A stretch of DNA of 64,000 bases from Acidimicrobiia bacterium. GTDB taxonomy: Bacteria > Actinomycetota > Acidimicrobiia > Spongiisociales > ZC4RG35. Made by a program: the position numbers and the translations under genes. Below are positions 57,911-64,000 of the stretch, in pieces; positions within the stretch are counted from its first letter, which is position 1; each line of letters opens with the position of its first letter. Location: positions 593,881-657,880 of the forward strand of contig JANQOU010000006.1 in NCBI GenBank assembly GCA_028285585.1, given 5' to 3'. The notes under the pieces are model-generated. The model made no database searches, was not told where the DNA came from, and was given only the letters and a program-made list of their open reading frames with translations.

Positions 57911-59635
57911 TCACATCCGGGCCGGGACCTCGATGCCGAGCAGATCCAGCAGAGTCGTGAGAGCCCCCAGTGTCCATTGGGAGAGGGCGAGCCATGAGGC
58001 TTGCCTCTCGGCGTCGGGCTCGGAGAGGATGTGATGAACGTCATAGAAGCTGCTGAACCGCATTGCCAGCTCATGTGCGTAGGCGGCGAGGTGGTTGGGG
58101 GCTCTCAGCTCGATCGAGCGGTCGATCACTTCCGGCAGATGGAGAAGGTCGAGCATCAGGCTTCGCTCGCCAGGTGAGATGGGCGGCTGGATCGCTCCGG
58201 GAGCCAGGCCTTGCTCAGCAGCCTTGCGCAAGATCGACTTGATTCGCACCGCCTGGTACTGGACGTATGGGCCGGTCTTGCCTTCGAAAGAGCTGAATCG
58301 ATCGAGGTCGAGCACGTAGTCGGAGGCGCGGTTGTTGATCAGGTCGCCGAACTTGAGTGCGGCGACACCGACCTGAGCGGCGATCTGCTCTCGCTCCTCT
58401 TCCGGGTATTCCTCGGCAAGCTGGGCCTCGTCGAGCCGCTGCTTGGCGGCACCTCGAATCATCTCGATCACGTCGCGAAGCCGGACCACCCCGCCTTCAC
58501 GAGTCTTGAAGGGCTTGCCGTCACTGCCGTTCATCGTCCCGAAATGGATGTGCTCCAAAGCAACCGACTCGGGGGCGATACCCGCCTTGCGAGCAGCCCG
58601 GAACACCTGCTCGAAGTGATCGCCCTGACGGTGGTCCACTACGTAGAGGACCAGATCGACATCGAGGTCCTCGACACGCATCTCCACCGTGGCCAGGTCC
58701 GTCGTGGAGTAGAGGAAGCCGCCGGCTCGGCTCTTCAGGATCAATGGCGGCCACTCCCTGTTGTCGTCGGGCTGTCCCACGGGCACGACCAAGGCCCCGT
58801 CAGACTCGACGGCCACGCCTTCACCCTCCAGCCTGCGGGTCAGGGGATCCAGACGATCGTGCACGTCCGACTCCCCGTACCAGAGGTCGAAGGCGACTCC
58901 GAGCGCAGCGAAGTCCTGACGCTGGCTCGACTCAGATACTGCCTTCATCTGCCGCCAGATCTCGAGGCTCTCAGCGTCTTCGTGCTGGAGCCGGACAGTG
59001 GCGGCGCGGGCGGCATCGGCAAACTCCTGGTCGGTGGTGGCGCGCGCAGATGCTTCCGGGTAGATCCGCTGCAAGTCGTCGAGAGTGATCGCAGCGGGGT
59101 CGAGCCCCTCTTCTTTCAGGACCGAGATGAGCAGGCCCATCTGGAAGCCCCAATCTCCGAAGTGGGGGTCTCGTATGACCTTGTGGCCGGCGAAGTGGAA
59201 CAACCTCGCCAGGGAGTCGCCGATGATCGTGGCTCGAAGGTGGCCGACGTGCATCGCCTTGGCGACGTTGGGACCGGCGTAGTCGACCAAGACGTTCAAC
59301 GGCTCCCGGGTGCCGGCGTATCCGAGACGGTCGTCGCCGGCACTCGTCTCGGCCCATGTGGCGAGAGCGGTGTCTTCGAGGTTGATGTTGATGAAGCCGG
59401 GGCCGGCAACATCAGCGATCGCTATGTCCGGATGAGCCGCGAGGCTTGCAGCGACCTGATCGGCGATTTCGCGTGGTGATCGCCTGGCGGCCTTGGCCGC
59501 TTCCATGGCGCCGTTGCATTGGAACTGGGCCAGCTCGGGTCGTTGTGACGGCACCACCTCGCCAAGGGCTTGGTCGAGCCCGAGCTCGGCGAACGCGGCT
59601 CCGGCGACCTCGGACAGATGCGACTGCAACGACAT
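57911..59635 (-). CDS. argS: Arginine--tRNA ligase
   Basis: GPGFIN, PNVAKAMHVGH, GKPFKTREG, C-terminal RM. Confidence 0.96.
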   Translation of the reverse strand: MSLQSHLSEVAGAAFAELGLDQALGEVVPSQRPELAQFQCNGAMEAAKAARRSPREIADQVAASLAAHPDIAIADVAGPGFININLEDTALATWAETSAGDDRLGYAGTREPLNVLVDYAGPNVAKAMHVGHLRATIIGDSLARLFHFAGHKVIRDPHFGDWGFQMGLLISVLKEEGLDPAAITLDDLQRIYPEASARATTDQEFADAARAATVRLQHEDAESLEIWRQMKAVSESSQRQDFAALGVAFDLWYGESDVHDRLDPLTRRLEGEGVAVESDGALVVPVGQPDDNREWPPLILKSRAGGFLYSTTDLATVEMRVEDLDVDLVLYVVDHRQGDHFEQVFRAARKAGIAPESVALEHIHFGTMNGSDGKPFKTREGGVVRLRDVIEMIRGAAKQRLDEAQLAEEYPEEEREQIAAQVGVAALKFGDLINNRASDYVLDLDRFSSFEGKTGPYVQYQAVRIKSILRKAAEQGLAPGAIQPPISPGERSLMLDLLHLPEVIDRSIELRAPNHLAAYAHELAMRFSSFYDVHHILSEPDAERQASWLALSQWTLGALTTLLDLLGIEVPARM

Positions 59636-59682
59636 CGTCGCGAGGTTAGAACCTGACTTGGCGATGTTTGCCGTGCACAGCG

Positions 59683-59750
59683 TCGCGCTGACCGCGACCC
59701 CTTGCTATAGCAACCCGTGTCGCTCAGCGCGACGGGTTGCTATAGCAAGG
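59683..59750. repeat. Intergenic repeat family B, second copy
   Basis: TTGCTATAGCAA at 59702 and 59737, plus an inverted spacer-like segment near 59683. Confidence 0.85.
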
Positions 59751-59758
59751 AGGGTCGG

Positions 59759-61780
59759 TCAGTACTTGGCCAGCTCGAGGGCTCGCTCGACGATCGACTC
59801 GGGTGTCGGGTAGAGGGCGTGCTCCAGCGAGCCCGCGTATGGCATCAGGGGAACGTCGGGCAGCCCGTACCTCTTGACCGGGGCGTCGAGCCATTCGAAG
59901 GTCTTGTCGGCGATCTGAGCGGCGATCTCCGCGCCGTACCCGACGAACTCGTTGTCCTCGTGGAGCACGAGCGCCCGGGACGTCTTCTTGACTGAGCGCT
60001 CGATGGTCGGCCAGTCCAGCGGCTTCAGGGAACGGAGGTCGATGACCTCCGGGCTGACACCCAGCTCTTCGAGGATGGGCACCGCTTCCATGGCGAAGTG
60101 GGCCATCGCCCCGTAGGCGACGATGGTCAGGTCATCACCCAGATGGCGAAGGGCAGCCTTGCCCAGCGGCACTCGGTGCTCACCGTCCGGGAAGGGCCCC
60201 TTTGCCAACCGGTAGAGTTTCTTCGGTTCGATGAACAGCACCGGGTCGGGATCTTCGACCGCGGTGTGCAGCAGGCCTTTGACGTCGGCAGGGGTCGACG
60301 GGATCACAACCTTCAGCCCTGGGACGTGGGCGTAGAAGGCTTCTATCGATTGCGAGTGGTACTGAGCACCATGTATCCCGGCCCCGTAGGGGGTGCGTAT
60401 GACGATGGGGCAGTTCCAGCGCCCGTCGCTGCGATAGCTGATCCTCGCCGCTTCGGAGACGATCTGGTCGAAGGCGGGGTGGATGTAATCGGCGAACTGA
60501 ATCTCGGGGATCACCTTGTATCCCGTCGCCGCCATCCCAATGGCACAGCCGATGATGGACGACTCGGCGATGGGTGTGTTGAAGCATCTCTTCGACCCGA
60601 ATCGCTCGGTCAGGTCTTGGGTTGCTTTGAAGACGCCACCCTTGCGCCGGGCGACGTCTTCACCGAACACCACGGTGTCGTCGTGCGCCTCCATCACCTC
60701 ATGGAGTGATCGGTTGATCGCCGTGATGAGGTTCACCCTCTCCCCGGCCGGAACCGGCTCCGGGGTAGTGGATGCCTCGCCGACCTCGATCAGCCGCGCA
60801 TATACATGTGAGGTGGGCTCGTCGGGGTCGGGTGACGTCTCGGCGGCTTCCACTGCTTTGGCCAGCGTCGCCACGACTTCTTCGTCGAGGTCGGTCTCCT
60901 GTTTCTCGGTGAGCAGCCGCTGCTCGATCAGGTACTGGCGCAGCTTCGCCAGCGGGTCTCTCTTGCGCCAGGTCTCGACCTCTTCCTGGGTTCGGTAGAG
61001 GGTGTCGTTGTCGTCAGAGGTGTGGGCGTAGTAGCGATAGGTCTCGGCCTCGATGAGCGTTGGGCCTTCACCCGATCGTGCCCGGCGCACCGCCGTTTGC
61101 ATCGTTTCCAGGACCTCGAAGGGGTCGTTGCCGTCGATGAGATGGCCGGGGAAGCCGTAGCCCTGCGCCCGGTCGGAGATTTGGCCAGCAACTCCTTCAC
61201 TCGTCGGGACCGAGATGGCGTACTGGTTGTTCTCGATGACGAAGATGAGGGGCAGGTCGTGAATGCCGGCCCAGTTCATCGCCTCGTGCCAGTCGCCTTC
61301 CGAAGTGGCCCCTTCTCCGCCGTAGACGACGGTCACGGCGTCGGTCTCACCGAATTTGAGGCCGTGGGCGATGCCGGCGGCGTGTGGGAACTGGGTGCCG
61401 ATGACGGAGGACTGAGTGAACACTCGGCGGTCGGGGTCTGACCAGTGGCTGGGCAGCTGGCGGCCCCCCGACATCGGATCTTCCTTCTTGGCGAACACCC
61501 CCAGGAAGATCTCTCTCGGGTCGAACCCCCAGGCCAAGGCAACACCCATGTCGCGGTAGTAGGGGAGAAGCCAGTCCTTGTCTCTGTCCAAGGCGAACAC
61601 AGAAGCAACCTGAATCGCCTCGTGTCCAGACGCCCCGAGCACGAACGCGGCGCGGCCTTGCCGCTGGAGCGCCCACATCCTGTCGTCGACTCGGCGGGCC
61701 ATCAGCATCAGCCGGTACATCTCGACGACTTCGGTGTCGTCCAGCCCTAGGCGGCGGTGATCTGGGGTCTGCTCGAGCAT
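59759..61780 (-). CDS. Fused E1 alpha/beta 2-oxoacid (probably branched-chain) dehydrogenase
   Basis: GEGATSEGD...NN TPP motif, HTSDD, GEDV, EIQFADY, HSQS. Confidence 0.9.
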   Translation of the reverse strand: MLEQTPDHRRLGLDDTEVVEMYRLMLMARRVDDRMWALQRQGRAAFVLGASGHEAIQVASVFALDRDKDWLLPYYRDMGVALAWGFDPREIFLGVFAKKEDPMSGGRQLPSHWSDPDRRVFTQSSVIGTQFPHAAGIAHGLKFGETDAVTVVYGGEGATSEGDWHEAMNWAGIHDLPLIFVIENNQYAISVPTSEGVAGQISDRAQGYGFPGHLIDGNDPFEVLETMQTAVRRARSGEGPTLIEAETYRYYAHTSDDNDTLYRTQEEVETWRKRDPLAKLRQYLIEQRLLTEKQETDLDEEVVATLAKAVEAAETSPDPDEPTSHVYARLIEVGEASTTPEPVPAGERVNLITAINRSLHEVMEAHDDTVVFGEDVARRKGGVFKATQDLTERFGSKRCFNTPIAESSIIGCAIGMAATGYKVIPEIQFADYIHPAFDQIVSEAARISYRSDGRWNCPIVIRTPYGAGIHGAQYHSQSIEAFYAHVPGLKVVIPSTPADVKGLLHTAVEDPDPVLFIEPKKLYRLAKGPFPDGEHRVPLGKAALRHLGDDLTIVAYGAMAHFAMEAVPILEELGVSPEVIDLRSLKPLDWPTIERSVKKTSRALVLHEDNEFVGYGAEIAAQIADKTFEWLDAPVKRYGLPDVPLMPYAGSLEHALYPTPESIVERALELAKY

Positions 61781-61786
61781 CCTCGT

Positions 61787-62869
61787 TCAGTTCCTGTCAT
61801 GGCCGCTGCGGCGGAATCGACGCAGATCGCCGATGTCGTTGATGCGCTGCTCGGCCACGTGCATGGCGGCCTCGTTGGGATTGATGGAGTGCTCCTCGGC
61901 GGTGTCGAGGATGGTCAAGGTGGCTTCGTAGATGGCGTCAACTCGGTGGAGCGCTCGGGTCTTCGAGTACCCGTGCAGCTCGTCGTACACGTTGATCAGC
62001 CCGCCGGCGTTGACCACGAAGTCCGGGCCGTAGAGGATGTCGCGATCGGCCAGCCGCTGGGCGTCTTTCTCGGTGGCCAGCTGGTTGTTGGCGCACCCGA
62101 CGACGGCTTCGCACTGCAGCAACGGAATGGTGTCCTCGTTGAGGGCGCCTCCCAACGCGCAAGGGGAGAAGAAGTCCGTATCCTGGTTGAAGATCTCGTC
62201 CTCTTCCACGGCGCGGACCCCGTAGTTGCTGATCGCCGCCTCGATGGCCGGTTGGTAGGAATCCGTGATCACCACCTCGGCGCGGCTTTCCACGAGAAGC
62301 TGCACGAAGGCCGAGCCCACCTTTCCGACTCCCTGCACGGCGAACTTGCGTCCGCTGAGGTCGGGTGTTCCCCAGAGCTTCTTCGCCACTGCCCTGGTGG
62401 CAGCGAACAAGCCGCGGGCGGTGACAGGGGAGGGGTCGCCAGCTCCGCCCAGCGCGACGGAGTTGCCTAATGCCCAATTGGTCTCCCGCCGGACGAGATC
62501 CATGTCCTTGGTGGTGGTGCCGACATCCTCGGCGGTGATGTAACGGCCCTGCAACGAGTCGACGATCCGGCCGTATGCCCGGAACAGCCTTTCTGACTTG
62601 TCCTCCATCGGGTCACCGATGATGACCGCCTTCCCGCCGCCGAGGTCGAGACCTGCGGCGGCCGCCTTGTAGGTCATCCCCTTGGAGAGCCGGAGCACGT
62701 CGTCGAGGGCTTCGTCCTCGGATTTGTATGGAAAAAAGCGAGTCCCGCCTAAGGCGGGACCGAGAGCCGTGCTGTGGATGGCGATGATCGTCTTGAGGCC
62801 GGATACCTTGTCGTAGCCGTAGAGGATCTGCTCGTGCCCCTCCCGGGCTACTTCATCGAATACCAACAA
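61787..62869 (-). CDS. Leucine/valine dehydrogenase
   Basis: GPALGGTR, GGGKAVI, AEDVG, VQGVGKVG, ANNQL. Confidence 0.92.
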   Translation of the reverse strand: MLVFDEVAREGHEQILYGYDKVSGLKTIIAIHSTALGPALGGTRFFPYKSEDEALDDVLRLSKGMTYKAAAAGLDLGGGKAVIIGDPMEDKSERLFRAYGRIVDSLQGRYITAEDVGTTTKDMDLVRRETNWALGNSVALGGAGDPSPVTARGLFAATRAVAKKLWGTPDLSGRKFAVQGVGKVGSAFVQLLVESRAEVVITDSYQPAIEAAISNYGVRAVEEDEIFNQDTDFFSPCALGGALNEDTIPLLQCEAVVGCANNQLATEKDAQRLADRDILYGPDFVVNAGGLINVYDELHGYSKTRALHRVDAIYEATLTILDTAEEHSINPNEAAMHVAEQRINDIGDLRRFRRSGHDRN

Positions 62870-62971
62870 CGGACGGATCCCCTTTGGTGAAGGTAAGGCA
62901 CCGAGACCTTACCCCGGGTCGCTTGGTTGCGTCTGGGCGACGCATTCTGGGAGGTGTGCAAGGATGACGCG

Positions 62972-63712
62972 ATGACCAAGGCCGCGTTCATGAGGGTTTA
63001 CGCCCCCGAGGTGGACGGCTCGGATGAGCCGGTGCCCGGTTTCGTCAGGACCTATGGCCTGTTGTCGGAAGCCGAGGGAGACTCGGCTTGGACCGTCGAA
63101 TGGGAAGGACGTCGGCTGGTTTGCCCGAGAAACCTCAGGCTGAGGGTCTTGGAGTCCACCGTCGCCTTTGCCAACGCTTTTCAAGGCCTGGGGGGAGTCG
63201 GGCTGGTGCCCGAAGAGGCGGCGAGGGCCGCCGACACCGAGCTGCGCGCCTATCACCGGGCTCATCCGGAGCATCGCTCTCATGTGCTCACTTCGGCCTG
63301 GCATGTCCCGGTCCGTTGGTTCACGGCCTTCGAGTCGGGGCAGAAGCAGATCTATGAGACGTCGGACGGGATGCGAATCCGCTTTCGCTCCGACATCGAT
63401 GCCTCGCGTCGCAAGGTGGCGCGTGCCTACGACATCCTGGACAAGCTGGACGTGTTCCCCGGGCCGACGGAGGAGCTGGGCCAGCTCGGCGAGTGGCTCG
63501 ACCCCTTCCCGTCGGGCTCCATGGTCGAGCTGGACTATGGGGAGGTGTCCGACCTGTTCGACAGCGACGAGTTGGTGTTCGACGACTCGTGTGAGCTGAT
63601 CCAGGAGTCGCTCGACGCTCTCGAGAACGGTGACCTGCTCAAGGCCGGCGAGAACTACGGCCGGGTTGTCACCCGCTGGGCCCGCGCCTATTCCGTCACC
63701 TTCTCCAATTAA
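62972..63712 (+). CDS. Conserved actinobacterial hypothetical protein
   Basis: MRVY, LVCP, SAWHVPVRWF, VELDYG. Confidence 0.75.
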   Translation: MTKAAFMRVYAPEVDGSDEPVPGFVRTYGLLSEAEGDSAWTVEWEGRRLVCPRNLRLRVLESTVAFANAFQGLGGVGLVPEEAARAADTELRAYHRAHPEHRSHVLTSAWHVPVRWFTAFESGQKQIYETSDGMRIRFRSDIDASRRKVARAYDILDKLDVFPGPTEELGQLGEWLDPFPSGSMVELDYGEVSDLFDSDELVFDDSCELIQESLDALENGDLLKAGENYGRVVTRWARAYSVTFSN

Positions 63713-63725
63713 CCCCCCAACCGCG

Positions 63726-63769
63726 TACCTCAGGTAATACCGCCCGTATCTGGGCCCTATAACCTCAGG
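63726..63769 (+). repeat. Repeat family A, single unit
   Basis: ACCTCAGGTAATA-CCGCCC-GTATCT-GGGCCC-TATAACCTCAG. Confidence 0.85.
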
Positions 63770-63847
63770 AACGAGGCGAGGTGCCGGGTTGCGCGCCCGG
63801 CGACCCCCTTTCGCAATCTCACCGCTTGTTCTGGCACCATCCCGCAG

Positions 63848-64000
63848 ATGTCAGTCCTCCCACTGGAATTGCTTCCGGAGTCGTCGTTCGTCGGTGAAGA
63901 CGGCCGGCTTCAGATAGGAGGCCGTGATGTGGTCGAGCTTGCCGAGGAGTTCGGCACCCCGCTGTTCGTCTATGACGAACAGCAGCTGAGAGACAGGTGC
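63848..64000 (+). CDS. lysA: Diaminopimelate decarboxylase, 5' part (runs off the window)
   Basis: Manual translation MSVLPLELLP...GRLQIGGRDVVELAEEFGTPLFVYDE. Confidence 0.85.
   Translation, partial: MSVLPLELLPESSFVGEDGRLQIGGRDVVELAEEFGTPLFVYDEQQLRDRC

Overview
High-GC chromosomal window from an actinobacterium, probably Acidimicrobiia-like (inferred from gene content and promoter style; not confirmed). It is mostly housekeeping. It holds a copper locus (merR-copZ-copA), an M3 peptidase, suhB, lnt, acs and trpB2; a de novo purine cluster on the minus strand (purA-purD, purB, purC-purS-purQ-purL, purF-purM) broken up by unrelated genes; glnA with GlnR-like boxes; a MazE/MazF-like toxin-antitoxin pair; a hydantoinase A / AlkD / hydantoinase B / glcDEF run; argS, a fused E1 dehydrogenase, a Leu/Val dehydrogenase and the start of lysA. 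I found no rRNA, tRNA, CRISPR array, integrase or transposase. The most interesting signals are non-coding: (i) a near-perfect four-way-junction RNA candidate on the minus strand just after glnA; (ii) a hairpin with a C-rich loop plus a terminator behind a small Zn-finger gene; (iii) several unrelated families of dispersed palindromic intergenic repeats, two of which share a 35-bp period, and one of which has an asymmetric core found in both orientations; (iv) widespread leaderless promoters. A 30-aa bS22 gene missed by the ORF track was also found. All calls come from motif recognition only; no searches were run.
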